Notes: a model not told the origin generated them from the letters alone. Positions 47,650 through 57,403 are shown, counted from the stretch's first letter. The stretch is 64,000 nt of DNA from an uncultured Gammaproteobacteria bacterium (GCA_964463925.1 CAYXDV010000002.1:19-64018); one strand, 5' to 3'. Program-made: numbers and translations.

Positions 47650-48781
47650 AACTTGCCCTCCAACTCAAAAAAGTATTTATATTAGTCTTGCCACCCACAT
47701 ATTCATTCTTCCAGAATAAAAAATCATTTAAATCAACTTTTCCGTCTTTGTTTAAATCGGCACCAATAGCAGACAATCCACCACCACAGCCAACTCTAAC
47801 TGGGTAATTTGTATTGATCTCTCCATCTTTATACATTTTCTGAACTTCTTGGTTCACGTATTTAACATCATTCATAAGACGAGGACTATTAACCATCCCT
47901 ATTTCCCAAGCACTAGTATCTGTTATCGAAGTTGGCCAACTGTACATATACCACCAAACTGCTCCAAATTTATTTGTAATCTTTTTCATAGTATCTATTT
48001 GCCTTCTCACTTCATCATAACTTAAAAAATAAGGATCTTCTCCTTCACGATTACCATAATAGGGTCTCATACCATCAGCCTGAGCGATAAAATAGTAATT
48101 TTTACTAAGAGCTGGATTCGCTTGTTCACTTCTTTGAACCATTCTTGTCCAAGCATTAACAACATCCTCATATTTCCAGGCATATCTATTGGAGTCAGAA
48201 TAATCCTTTGGGTTCATAACTCCATAAGACACTGCCCCTGTCATATCAGCATATCCAAAAAAGGGAGTAGAATTGTCAGGATCTACACCCATATTCATAG
48301 CCCCTCCCCCCGAGGTATGTGCTAATACAGGATGTTCAGGATCTTCTTCTCTAATCAAATCTAACATTATTCTAAAATTATCCTTCAACCAATACATGCC
48401 ATTGCTCTGAACTCTCAACTCTGGTTCGTCCGCATACACATAGCCATACAGCCCAGGATGGTTTTTAATCTGCCTAATTTTCTGCCGCAAACTATTTTGT
48501 AAATTTATATCTGTCGAAAAATCCTTCATTGTGGCATATGTCTCCATAAACACCAACAATTGCACCCCATTAATTTGAGCCGCATCTAAACTGCTTTTTA
48601 ATGAATCATAACCAATATCAGTCATTACCACATTTATCCCGGTTCTGCCATAAACTTGACTAGCATATTCACCGGCTCCTCCAAAGTTGTTCCAACCAAA
48701 AATAGGAAACTCTAAATGGCAACTATCCACAGCCAACACTCCTCTAATTGATAAAAGTATCCAAGACAAGAACCAAAGCAT
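47642..48781 (-). CDS. secreted hydrolase-like protein with C-terminal dockerin-like module (paralog of 46471..47649)
   Basis: Signal peptide. YVYADEPE. C-terminus DLNKDGKVDLNDFLFWKNEY...FLSWRASY. It overlaps its paralog by 8 nt, which suggests an operon. Confidence 0.7.
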   Translation of the reverse strand: MLWFLSWILLSIRGVLAVDSCHLEFPIFGWNNFGGAGEYASQVYGRTGINVVMTDIGYDSLKSSLDAAQINGVQLLVFMETYATMKDFSTDINLQNSLRQKIRQIKNHPGLYGYVYADEPELRVQSNGMYWLKDNFRIMLDLIREEDPEHPVLAHTSGGGAMNMGVDPDNSTPFFGYADMTGAVSYGVMNPKDYSDSNRYAWKYEDVVNAWTRMVQRSEQANPALSKNYYFIAQADGMRPYYGNREGEDPYFLSYDEVRRQIDTMKKITNKFGAVWWYMYSWPTSITDTSAWEIGMVNSPRLMNDVKYVNQEVQKMYKDGEINTNYPVRVGCGGGLSAIGADLNKDGKVDLNDFLFWKNEYVGGKTNINTFLSWRASYV

Positions 48782-48783
48782 AC

Positions 48784-48860
48784 TTCAGCTTAAAATAAAA
48801 ACACCCTGCAGTAAAGCGTAGTAGGCCTGCCCACCCCACTACGCTTTACCCCAGGGTGTC
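48784..48860 (-). terminator. strong GC-rich hairpin followed by a T-run on the minus strand (intrinsic terminator-like), immediately 5' of the 47642..48781 start codon
   Basis: ACACCCTG-CA-GTAAAGCGTAGT...ACTACGCTTTAC-CC-CAGGGTGT inverted repeat (20 bp of stem) with loop AGGCCTGCCCACCCC. On the minus strand it is followed by TTTTTATTTT. Confidence 0.45.
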
Positions 48861-48968
48861 ATTTCAACTCTTGACACAACCCAAAGGTTTTTCTAGTCTG
48901 TATACAGAAACATCTCAATTCGTATTCCACCTGCTTTGAGAATATCGGTTTAGATGTTTCGTCCAAAC

Positions 48969-48998
48969 AGTCCGCTACGGCGGACTTTTTGTTTTTAT
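48969..48998 (+). terminator. rho-independent terminator (plus-strand orientation)
   Basis: GTCCGC-TACG-GCGGAC hairpin followed by TTTTTGTTTTTAT. No protein gene lies upstream on this strand. Confidence 0.5.
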
Positions 48999-49183
48999 CA
49001 AAGAACTAATTTTCCCCTAAGCTGAGCCATTTGCCCTATTTGCAGTTTAGCCCATTCTCTTAACTGCTGCATTTCCTGACTTGCCACTTCTTTCTTTTTT
49101 CTTTTCAAATCAAATTTCGATACCAACCATTTTCGCAGCATGAATAAATCATAACATCTGTTTTTTTCTTGTCTATATCCCAT
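48998..49183 (-). CDS. possible small basic protein (61 aa)
   Basis: Intact ORF, Lys/Arg-rich (MGYRQEKNRCYDLFMLRKWLVSKFDLKRKKKEVASQEMQQLREWAKLQ...). No motif. Confidence 0.25.
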   Translation of the reverse strand: MGYRQEKNRCYDLFMLRKWLVSKFDLKRKKKEVASQEMQQLREWAKLQIGQMAQLRGKLVL

Positions 49184-49460
49184 ATTAATTATCTTTCTTT
49201 ATAACCATAATCCTGTATTTTTTTTTATAAAAAAAAAGAACTCAAAAATAGTCAATTAAAAGATTACCAACATCATGTGGAAAACACTGTTAATTCTATT
49301 TTTGTCTCTTTCAAGTCATTAAAAACTCTACTTTTTTTCTAAAAAGAATAATTTAAGCTTAATTTGTCACAAAACAATTACAGAAAAAGTTCTGGCTACT
49401 TCTGTGGAAAAAATCTCAAAAAAACTATTCTGTAAAAAAATAATTACTCATTTTTTGAAT

Positions 49461-49516
49461 CGTTTTTTTGTAAGTTTGCGATTTACAAAAAAATAATATA
49501 TTGTATGTGTACAATG
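49461..49516. promoter_or_regulatory. two palindromic operator-like sites in the promoter / start-codon region of the TrmB-like regulator gene
   Basis: TTTTTTTGTAA-N9-TTACAAAAAAA (49462..49494) and ATTGTA-TGTG-TACAAT (49500..49515). The second overlaps the ATG at 49505. Confidence 0.4.
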
Positions 49517-50011
49517 TTAACTAAAATTCTTGTCCAATTGGGTCTTACAGCCAAAGAAGCAGAAGTTTATTCCCTTTTACTTGAATATGGACCCCAAACC
49601 ATCCAACAGCTAAGTAAAACTTCCAGACTCGGTCGAACCCACCTATATCAAATTACTAAGCAGTTAATTACCCGGGGCTTTATTCAATCTGATAAGTCTA
49701 AAATTTTGCGGTTTTCGATTACAAATCCAATCAGTTTATCTAATTTTCTAAACGAACAGGAAAAGAATCTTTTAAAAACCAAGCAGCTTCTAAACTCACT
49801 TTTACCTGATTTAACTAAAAGTTATAATTTGTACAAGAATAATATAGAAGTATCCTATTTAGACACAGTTTCTATACCACCCCAAACTAAAACAAAAACA
49901 CTCACCTACCCAAAGTCAGGTATTGTTATCTATGATGATATTGTTCTTTTGGGACATTTAAAAATCCAGAGTAAAGATATCGCTAATCGGCTCAGACAAG
50001 AATTATCTTAA
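49505..50011 (+). CDS. TrmB-family winged-HTH transcriptional regulator
   Basis: N-terminus ILVQLGLTAKEAEVYSLLLEYGPQTIQQLSKTSRLGRTHLYQITKQLITRGFI matches the TrmB N-terminal wHTH pattern. Confidence 0.7.
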   Translation: MCTMLTKILVQLGLTAKEAEVYSLLLEYGPQTIQQLSKTSRLGRTHLYQITKQLITRGFIQSDKSKILRFSITNPISLSNFLNEQEKNLLKTKQLLNSLLPDLTKSYNLYKNNIEVSYLDTVSIPPQTKTKTLTYPKSGIVIYDDIVLLGHLKIQSKDIANRLRQELS

Positions 50012-51301
50012 CTGATCAACTCGATCTATTTTTGCCATTATCTTTCCCAAGGCTTTTGCTTCTTTCTCTCTTTTTTCTACATTCCTTGGAAGTTTCACTT
50101 TTCCTAAAAGTGAAACTTCGCCAACAAACACTGTTTGCCTTTCCTCAGTAAAAGTTTTCAAAGGCTTGTTTTTATACGAGCTATAGATAGCGGCAATTAT
50201 GGCTAAATCGGCCGATGGGTCATTTATTCTAATGCCTCCAGTCACCTGTAAAAAAACATCGTATTTATACAAAGGTATGTTTAGAATTTTTTGTGATACT
50301 GCAAGCATCAATTGACCTCTATCGTATGCCACCCCAGAAAAAACTCTTTTCGGTTGTGGTGCAAAACTCTCCACTACCAAAGCCTGAATTTCTACTAACA
50401 TTGGTCTAGTTCCATCCATTACGATAGTCATTGCCGAACCAGACAATGATTCGCTAGATTCCGCAAAAATCAAATCTTCACTTCTTACCTCTTCCAAACC
50501 TATAGCTTTCATTCTAAAAACACCGACCTCATCCGTAGGTCCAAAACGGTTCTTGTAACATCTCAATATTCTAAAGTCACTAGTTTTATCTCCTTCCAGA
50601 TATAAAACTACATCTACCATGTGCTCCAACATTTTTGGGCCAGCAATATCACCTTCTTTGGTAACGTGACCTACAATTACCATTGGCAGCTTTTTCCTTT
50701 TTGCTATTTCAATAAGGCGTAAACAACACTCTTTAATCTGTCCAGGACTTCCTGCCCCACCATTAGCTTCAGGAGTCGACAAAACCTGAATCGAATCAAC
50801 GACTATCAAATTGAATACTTTTTGTGTTCTTTCCAAAAATTCAACAATTTGATCAACATCAGTCGCTTCCAAAACTTCTACCGACTCTTTTTTCAAACCT
50901 AATCTGGAAACCCTTATTCCAATCTGGTCAGCAGACTCTTCACCGCCAACATATAATCCTCCAGTTTTGGCAATCAACTGCGTTAATAAAGTACTCTTTC
51001 CTATACCTGGCTCTCCAGCAAACAATACCACTCCACCTCTTACTAGCCCGCCACCCAACACCCTCTCTACTTCCTGCAATCCTACTTTTTGTCTATCTTC
51101 TGCTTTGTTTTGATTGGATATATTCACCAAACTTATACTTTCTAAACTTCCATTTCTAATTTTACTTTTAACCGAAGTTTTCTTCTCAAAAGATTTTAGG
51201 GTGTTCCACTCACCACACTTTAAACAAGTGCCACTCCATTTAGTAAATTCGTTTCCACATGCAGAACAAACAAAAATTTCAACTTTCGACTCTTTCGACA
51301 T
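50003..51301 (-). CDS. radA: DNA repair protein RadA/Sms
   Basis: C4 zinc finger CSACGNEFTKWSGTCLKCGEWNTL. Walker A GEPGIGKSTLL. KNRFGPTDEVGVF (KNRFG motif). Lon-protease-like C-terminal domain. Confidence 0.92.
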   Translation of the reverse strand: MSKESKVEIFVCSACGNEFTKWSGTCLKCGEWNTLKSFEKKTSVKSKIRNGSLESISLVNISNQNKAEDRQKVGLQEVERVLGGGLVRGGVVLFAGEPGIGKSTLLTQLIAKTGGLYVGGEESADQIGIRVSRLGLKKESVEVLEATDVDQIVEFLERTQKVFNLIVVDSIQVLSTPEANGGAGSPGQIKECCLRLIEIAKRKKLPMVIVGHVTKEGDIAGPKMLEHMVDVVLYLEGDKTSDFRILRCYKNRFGPTDEVGVFRMKAIGLEEVRSEDLIFAESSESLSGSAMTIVMDGTRPMLVEIQALVVESFAPQPKRVFSGVAYDRGQLMLAVSQKILNIPLYKYDVFLQVTGGIRINDPSADLAIIAAIYSSYKNKPLKTFTEERQTVFVGEVSLLGKVKLPRNVEKREKEAKALGKIMAKIDRVDQLR

Positions 51302-51316
51302 ATACTATGATACCTT

Positions 51317-52618
51317 ATGGTCAAAATAAAACATTTATCTTTGGTGTTTATTTTGTTATTAGGCCTATTACTTCGTTTTTATCTAGCTACCCAATCCTTT
51401 CATGTAGATTTACTTATCCAAGCTGGTTGGGGAGAATATGTCGGAAGCATAGGAGCAATTAATCTCTACGAACACACAGAATGGATTTTTTCCTGGCCAA
51501 ATCATCCACCGCTAATTAATCTGTTTTACGGCCTTTCCTACCAAATCTATATAAAACTTTTTTACTTTCTACCTCGTACCGCCCTTTATCTACACAACCA
51601 TCCTTTATTACCACCCACACTAGTCGATCAATATACATCTTTTGCTTCTTCCTTTACTACCGACCTAAGTCCCAGTCAGCCTTTTCCTTTCGGCTTTCTT
51701 CTTTGCCTAAAATTATGGCCTATCCTGGCTGACCTTTTGCTCTGTCTTGTTATTTATTTTTTTGCCCAAAAATTCTCCCGTCATGGGTTTTTCTTTGCCA
51801 TTTTATATCTCTTTTCTCCTTTTGTTTTCTATCTATCTTCTGCTTGGGGACAAACTGATCAGCTTGGTTTTCTACCAGTACTACTAAGTGCCCTTAGTTT
51901 GAACTCCGTACCCATTTTATCGCTTCCTTTACTTTGGCTTGGAATTTCTCTAAAACCCACGGCTCTACTTTTACTCCCATCCTTTGGGCTACTCTACTCA
52001 AAATACAAAATTCCGCAAAAGTACGTATTTATTGGTGTTCTATTTTGTTTTATTTTTACTTACCTATACACCCACCCATTTACCAACCAACCTGTTTGGC
52101 CGTATCTGATTCACGAGATCATTCCTAAGGTTTTTAATCGAGGTGAAGGTCGGCTCACTACCAACTCTTACAATTTCTGGCATATCGCCACCCTTGGCCA
52201 ACCAGTTTCCGACTCAATTGTCTATTTTCTTCTACCTAGCAAATATTTCAGCTATTTTTTTGTTATTTTTATTCATCTATTTGCCTGGTTAAAAACCAGA
52301 CACTCCAAAAATATTTTCTCAATCCTAACTTTCCTTTTCATTACTTCAGGTGGTATTTGGATATTTTCTAGCAACATGTTAGATCGGTATTTTTTCCCAG
52401 CGCTGATTTTTGGCTTATTTATTTCTATCCGTAAACCAAAGCTATTATTTTTTTGGTCGCCCCTGTCTCTGATCTTTCTACTTAATCTGACCCGCGGTTA
52501 CTGGTATCCAGGGCCACTAATCCATATTAAGGACCTGTTTGAGAAACAGCCACAGCTAGAAGTCATTCCAGCAATCCTCAACACTGTTTTGTATACAATC
52601 ATAGCCACATTAGCCTAA
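51317..52618 (+). CDS. polytopic membrane protein, GT-C-fold glycosyltransferase-like (ArnT/PMT-type)
   Basis: More than 10 hydrophobic helices with Trp/Tyr/Pro-rich loops. Assignment by architecture only. Confidence 0.4.
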   Translation: MVKIKHLSLVFILLLGLLLRFYLATQSFHVDLLIQAGWGEYVGSIGAINLYEHTEWIFSWPNHPPLINLFYGLSYQIYIKLFYFLPRTALYLHNHPLLPPTLVDQYTSFASSFTTDLSPSQPFPFGFLLCLKLWPILADLLLCLVIYFFAQKFSRHGFFFAILYLFSPFVFYLSSAWGQTDQLGFLPVLLSALSLNSVPILSLPLLWLGISLKPTALLLLPSFGLLYSKYKIPQKYVFIGVLFCFIFTYLYTHPFTNQPVWPYLIHEIIPKVFNRGEGRLTTNSYNFWHIATLGQPVSDSIVYFLLPSKYFSYFFVIFIHLFAWLKTRHSKNIFSILTFLFITSGGIWIFSSNMLDRYFFPALIFGLFISIRKPKLLFFWSPLSLIFLLNLTRGYWYPGPLIHIKDLFEKQPQLEVIPAILNTVLYTIIATLA

Positions 52619-52664
52619 CAAAAACAGTTCTCTCAAAGTTTCACCAGTTCTTGTCGCAATCAAG

Positions 52665-53762
52665 TTATTTATATAATACCTTCTTGCCGGTATTTACCAA
52701 TCCTAGAGATATTTTTCTCTTTGGCACATCAATAGACTCAATGTAAACTTGAACTTTTTCTCCATCGTGTAGCTCCACTCCCCCGTTTAGTTTAGATATG
52801 TGAACCAAACCTTCAACGGCAGTTTCCAATCTTACAAGAGCTCCATAAGCAGCCAAACGAATGACTACACCTTCGCATTCTTTATCCTTTGGATATTTTT
52901 CTTCGATACTTTCCCATGGATCATTTTTCAATCTCTTAACAGAAAATTGCAATCTACCTTCATCTTTATTAATTAATTTAACTTGAATTTTGTCCTTTGC
53001 CTTATACATGGTTTGAACATTATCAACTTTTTCCCAGGAAATCTCACTTATGTGAACCAAACCCTCTAGCTCAAATTTACGATCTGATACTTCTGGATAA
53101 ATCTTTACAAATATCCCAAATGGTTCCACACGAACAATCTCCGCTTCTAAAATACTTCCTATTTCTATCTTATCAATAGCGCTAAATTCTTCACCAACTT
53201 TTTCTGGTTCAGAAACCAATCTTTCAGAAAAAACCAATCTGTTTTTTGCTTGATCTACTTCCAACACTTTCACCTTAATTTTCTTACCTAGCATCTTTTC
53301 CGGATCATTGTCATATTTGCTTCCAATCTGAGATCCAGGTATGAATCCAAAAAAGCCAAATGGGGCCATAACCACTGTGCCGCCTCGATTCAACTCACGT
53401 CCAGTCACTGTAAGTTCACCTCCTGACTTCAATTTTTCTTCAAAATACTGCCAACCAAACCCCATAGCAGCTCCTCGAATTGAAACCAAAATCTGACCGC
53501 GATCGTTTTCAGGATGTTTAACCAAAACTTCTATCTCATCACCAAGCTTCAAATCGCCTATAAAATCACGAACATATTCTAGCTCTTTTCCCATCACAAC
53601 AGCATCAGTCTTACCGCCAATATCTATAAATACACCTTTATTTTTAATTGCCGTTATTTTTCCCTTAACTGTCTGACCACTTTGTAGACCAACTGCTCCA
53701 ACCTCAGCACTAGCCAATAACTCTTCCATGCTCAAAATACTCTTTTTACTAGTTTTTACCAT
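52665..53762 (-). CDS. rpsA: 30S ribosomal protein S1 (four S1 domains)
   Basis: Repeated S1-domain motifs (GxxVxGxVxxIxxxGxFVxL). Start placed at MVKTSKKS (53762), since the track's upstream extension runs into the rRNA terminator hairpin. Confidence 0.8.
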   Translation of the reverse strand: MVKTSKKSILSMEELLASAEVGAVGLQSGQTVKGKITAIKNKGVFIDIGGKTDAVVMGKELEYVRDFIGDLKLGDEIEVLVKHPENDRGQILVSIRGAAMGFGWQYFEEKLKSGGELTVTGRELNRGGTVVMAPFGFFGFIPGSQIGSKYDNDPEKMLGKKIKVKVLEVDQAKNRLVFSERLVSEPEKVGEEFSAIDKIEIGSILEAEIVRVEPFGIFVKIYPEVSDRKFELEGLVHISEISWEKVDNVQTMYKAKDKIQVKLINKDEGRLQFSVKRLKNDPWESIEEKYPKDKECEGVVIRLAAYGALVRLETAVEGLVHISKLNGGVELHDGEKVQVYIESIDVPKRKISLGLVNTGKKVLYK

Positions 53763-53821
53763 AAAAAAATCCCCATTTACTCGGGGATTTGAAAATAAAT
53801 GAATAATAAAAACTGCACTTA

Positions 53822-53943
53822 GTTCTGGCCGCGACCTATCTTCGGCACCCCGTTGCCGGGGCACTATTGTCAGCGCTATCGTGTTTCACGACTCTGTTCG
53901 GAATGGGAAGAGGTGGTACCACAGATGCTCTGGCGACCAGAAC
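53822..53943 (-). rRNA. rrf: 5S ribosomal RNA
   Basis: The reverse strand reads GTTCTGGTCGCCAGAGC...CCCATTCCGAACAGAGTCGTGAAACACGATAGCGC...GGTCGCGGCCAGAAC. This is the 5S helix I/III/IV/V pattern, about 122 nt. Confidence 0.85.
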
Positions 53944-56370
53944 AAAATGCAGTGTATTTGTTTGACCAATTATTAAAAATTTAACAACTTGAGTAAGCTG
54001 CTTGAAATGAAACTAAAAAATAGTGATTCGATCTTGCCATCGCTTAGCTAAAACTCTTACGAGCCTTCCACCTGCAACGTATCAACCAGTAGTCTCCTGG
54101 CGATCTAATGATGGTTCCTTATCTTAGGGTCAGTTTCCTGCTTGAGATGCTTTCAGCAGTTATCTAATAGAAACGTGGCTACCCAGCATTGCACTTGAAA
54201 GCACAACTGGCACACCAGGGGTTTCCTCATCTAGGTCCTCTCGTACTGTAGATGAATCCCTTCAAGAACCAAACGATTATAGAGGATAGAGACCGAGCTG
54301 TCTCACGACGCTCTGAACCCAACTAACGCAGCGCTTTAATGGGCGAACAGACCAACCCTTGGCCCCTTCTTCAGGGCCAGGATGCGCCAAGTCGACATCG
54401 AGGTGCCGAACCCTGTCGTCAATGTGAACTATCGGACAGGACTAGCCTGTTATCCCCAGAGTAGCTTTTATCCAGTAAGCCCGTGCCCAAACCAATTGGG
54501 TCACGAGGATCACTAAAACCGTCTTTCGACCCTGCTTCCAAACTCAAAATTGGTTGGAAGTCCGCCTTACGGCGGATTCGACCTGTTTGTCTCACAGTCA
54601 AGCCAGCTTATGCTTTTGTACATACAGTCCGATTTCCTGCCGGACCAAGCTGACCTTTGTATACCCGCGTTACCTTTTAGCAGGTGCCTGCCCCAGGCAA
54701 ACTAGCAACCATACACTGTCTCCCCGTTTTTTCGGGGGTAAGACTCGCATGCAATCAAGGGAGGTGTTCCATTGTCGCCCGAAGGCTCCCTCCTACACTC
54801 GACAATAAAGGCATACTCATCAATGTAAAGATCCAGTAAAGCTTCATGGGGTCTTTTTGTCCTTCTATAATTAAACGGCATCTTCACCGCTCTTTCAATT
54901 TCGCTGGATGGATGATTAAGACAGTTACACGGTCGTTAACTCTTTCATACGCGTCGGAACTTACCCGACAAAGGACTTCGCTACCTTAGAACAGTTAGAG
55001 TTACTGCTGACGTTCACGAGGGCTTGTAAACAAGGCTCAACCTTGCGGTATCACCCGGCTTTTTAACCTTCTCGCACCGGTCAGAGTCCAGCCCCTATAC
55101 TTCCCCTTACGGGTTTGCAGAGACCTGTGTTTTTGGTAAACAGTCGCCGTGTATTCTTTTGTTGTAGCCTCGATAAATCGAGGCAGGGCATCTCGTAGAC
55201 TTACGCCCAGCTAATTTGCCAAGTTCCTTAACCATCCTTCTTCCAATCACCTTGGTCTACTCGACCAACCCACCAGTGTCGGTTTACGGTACGATTACAT
55301 TTTTATCTAGTTACTACATTTTTTTCAGACGCATGGATCGCAATACTCCCAAGCTTACGCCTAGTTGTATTCATAGCTCGCTTTAAAACGGTAAACCGGA
55401 TTTTCCTAATTTACCTAGCTAAACTTCTTTAAAAGTCGAATTCAGATCGACTCTATTGCTACCACACCCCGTCCTGCTATAACTTAAAACGATAAAAACG
55501 TAGGACCGGAATATTTACCGGTTATCCATCCACTTATCTACCATTACAGTAGCTTCATGTTAGGATCGCCTTACCCGCAGTCGATAAACGTAGCTGCGGA
55601 AACCTTGGGTATTCGGTGGCCTGGATTCTCACCAGGCTTACGCTACTCATGTCTGCATTCTCACTTCTAGCCACTCCACCAGCCCTTACGGACCAACTTC
55701 ATCGCAACTAGAACGCTCTCCTACCAGATGTCCGCCAAAGGCGGACAAATCTCCAATTTCGGCACTATGCTTGAGCCTCGTTACATTTTCGGCGCGCAAT
55801 ACCTAAGTAGACCTGTGAGCTATTACGCTTTCTTTAAAGGATGGCTGCTTCTAAGCCAACCTCCAGGCTGTCTAAGGTATCACACTTCCTTTCCCACTGA
55901 GCATAGATTTAGAGGCCTTAATTGAGAGTCCGGGATCTTCCCCTTTTGTCTAACCAGCTTAGCCCGGCTAGACTGACTGCCACGCTTAGATGTATGGTAT
56001 TCAGAGTTTGGTTAAACACCAGTCCTTGCGAACTAAATGCTCATCCAGTAGCTTTACCCCCACACATAAACACGTGACGCTATACCTAAATATATTTCGG
56101 AGAGAGCCAGCTATCTCCGGTTTCGATTGGCATATTACCCCTAACCACAGATCATCCGATACCTTTACAGCGGTAATCAGTACGGGCCTCACCCCGATTT
56201 TCGTCGGGGGTCACCCTGCCCATGGTTAGCTCAACCGGTTTCGGGTTAACTGCAACCGTCTATTCGCCTTATTCAGACTCGCTTTCGCTACGCCTACTCC
56301 GCCTTAGGCGGATTAAACTTGACGGCAACAATCACTCGCAGACTCATTCTTCAATAGGCACGACATCACC

Positions 56371-56510
56371 CATGTCCAACACTCGAAATCTAGACATTCA
56401 AAACAAAATAAATTTTTTCGAGAACGTCCCCGCAGCGTAGCGAGGAAGTCCGGCGAGAAAAAATTACGTTTTGTTTTGAAATAAGTTTAGGTTTCCAGTG
56501 TCAGACACAG
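56371..56510 (-). repeat. 23S rRNA intervening sequence at the helix-25 position (hairpin with conserved 17-19-bp base stem)
   Basis: rRNA-sense TGTGTCTGACACTGGAAAC...about 100 nt AT-rich with a GC-rich core...GTTTCGAGTGTTGGACATG. It sits between the conserved GAAACC...ACAAGC and CCTATTGAAGAATGAGTC flanks that correspond to E. coli helix 25. Confidence 0.55.
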
Positions 56511-56905
56511 GCTTTGTCTGTTTGTTAGCATATGGTTTCAGATCTATTTCACTCCGGTAACTACCGGTGTTTTTCACCTTTCCCTCGCGGTACTAGTTCA
56601 CTATCGGTCCGCCAAAGTATTTAGCCTTGGAGATTGGTCTCCCCAGATTCCTACGGGATTTCACGTGCTCCGCAGTACTCAGGTACCAAACCATACTTTT
56701 ACTAGTTTTCGGATACGGGACGTTCGCCCTTTTTAGTCGACTGTTCCAAGTCGTTCTCCTGACTTTCAAAGTAATTATGTCTGGCCCTACAACCCCTATC
56801 TTGCGATAGGTTTAGGCTCTTCCGTTTTCGCTCACCGCTACTGACGGAATCTTTTTAATTTCTTTTCCTCCGGGTACTTAGATGTTTCAGTTCCCCGACT
56901 TACCC

Positions 56906-57049
56906 AGCTGTCCAACACTCGAAACTTGTTATACCTATTTAAATTTACGAAATAACTAATTTTTCGCACGCAATCATGCACGGCGCGTGAGTACAAAAAA
57001 TTATGTTATGAGTAAAAATTTAAATACAAGTTTCCAGTGTCAGACAGCT
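56906..57049 (-). repeat. 23S rRNA intervening sequence at the helix-9 position, homologous termini to the helix-25 element
   Basis: rRNA-sense AGCTGTCTGACACTGGAAAC...about 105 nt AT-rich...GTTTCGAGTGTTGGACAGCT. It sits between CCGAATGAGGAAAC...ATGGAAGC and GGGTAAGTCGGGGAACTGAAACATC. Confidence 0.55.
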
Positions 57050-57324
57050 TCCATAGTATTTCTACTACAGGAGTTTCCTCATTCGGACATTGTGGGATCA
57101 CAGCTTGTAGACAGCTCCCCCACACATTTCGCCGTCTTCCGCGTCCTTCATCGGCTTTGGCAACCAAGGCATCCACCATATGCTTTATTTCAATATTTTC
57201 CAGCTTATTTCAAGCAACTTAATTAAGTTGTCAATTTTCTTATATTAGTCAAACAAATTGTTAAAGTACAAATTATATTCAAAAAACCTAGTTTTCGACC
57301 AGGCTTTAGAGAATATAACCAGTG

Positions 57325-57397
57325 TGGACCTAAGGGGACTCGAACCCCTGACCCCCTCATTGCAAATGAGGTGCTCTACCAACTGAGCCATAGGCCC
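57325..57397 (-). tRNA. tRNA-Ala (anticodon TGC), immediately upstream of 23S
   Basis: Reverse strand GGGCCTATGGCTCAGTTGGTAGAGCACCTCATTTGCAATGAGGGGGTCAGGGGTTCGAGTCCCCTTAGGTCCA. The G3-U70 pair typical of tRNA-Ala is present. Confidence 0.85.
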
Positions 57398-57403
57398 TCG
57401 CAC

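Larger units (their letters stand above)
53998..57200 (-). rRNA. rrl: 23S ribosomal RNA (about 3.2 kb including two intervening sequences); ends approximate (within about 30 nt)
   Basis: Reverse-strand landmarks: GGTGGATGCCTTGG (5' end), GAACTGAAACATCTAAGTACC, GACCGATAGTGAACTAGTACCGCGAGGGAAAGG, AGTACGAGAGGACC (sarcin-ricin loop) and GCTGAAAGCATCT (3' domain). Confidence 0.9.

Noticed and set aside
56371-57049. 23S insertions as group I/II introns or homing-endonuclease (LAGLIDADG) insertions
   Set aside because: The insertions are only about 140 nt and contain no ORF. They sit at the classical IVS positions (helix 9 and helix 25) and form simple long hairpins rather than intron core structures.
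54419-57226. ORFs of 60-84 aa called on both strands inside the 23S rRNA gene (54419..54601, 54554..54808, 54702..54887, 55728..55925, 55990..56229, 56001..56192, 56222..56440, 56627..56809, 56987..57226, 57037..57222) and 57245..57472 over tRNA-Ala
   Set aside because: The region is unambiguously rRNA or tRNA (sarcin-ricin loop, GGTGGATGCCTTGG and other landmarks). These ORFs are chance reading frames.
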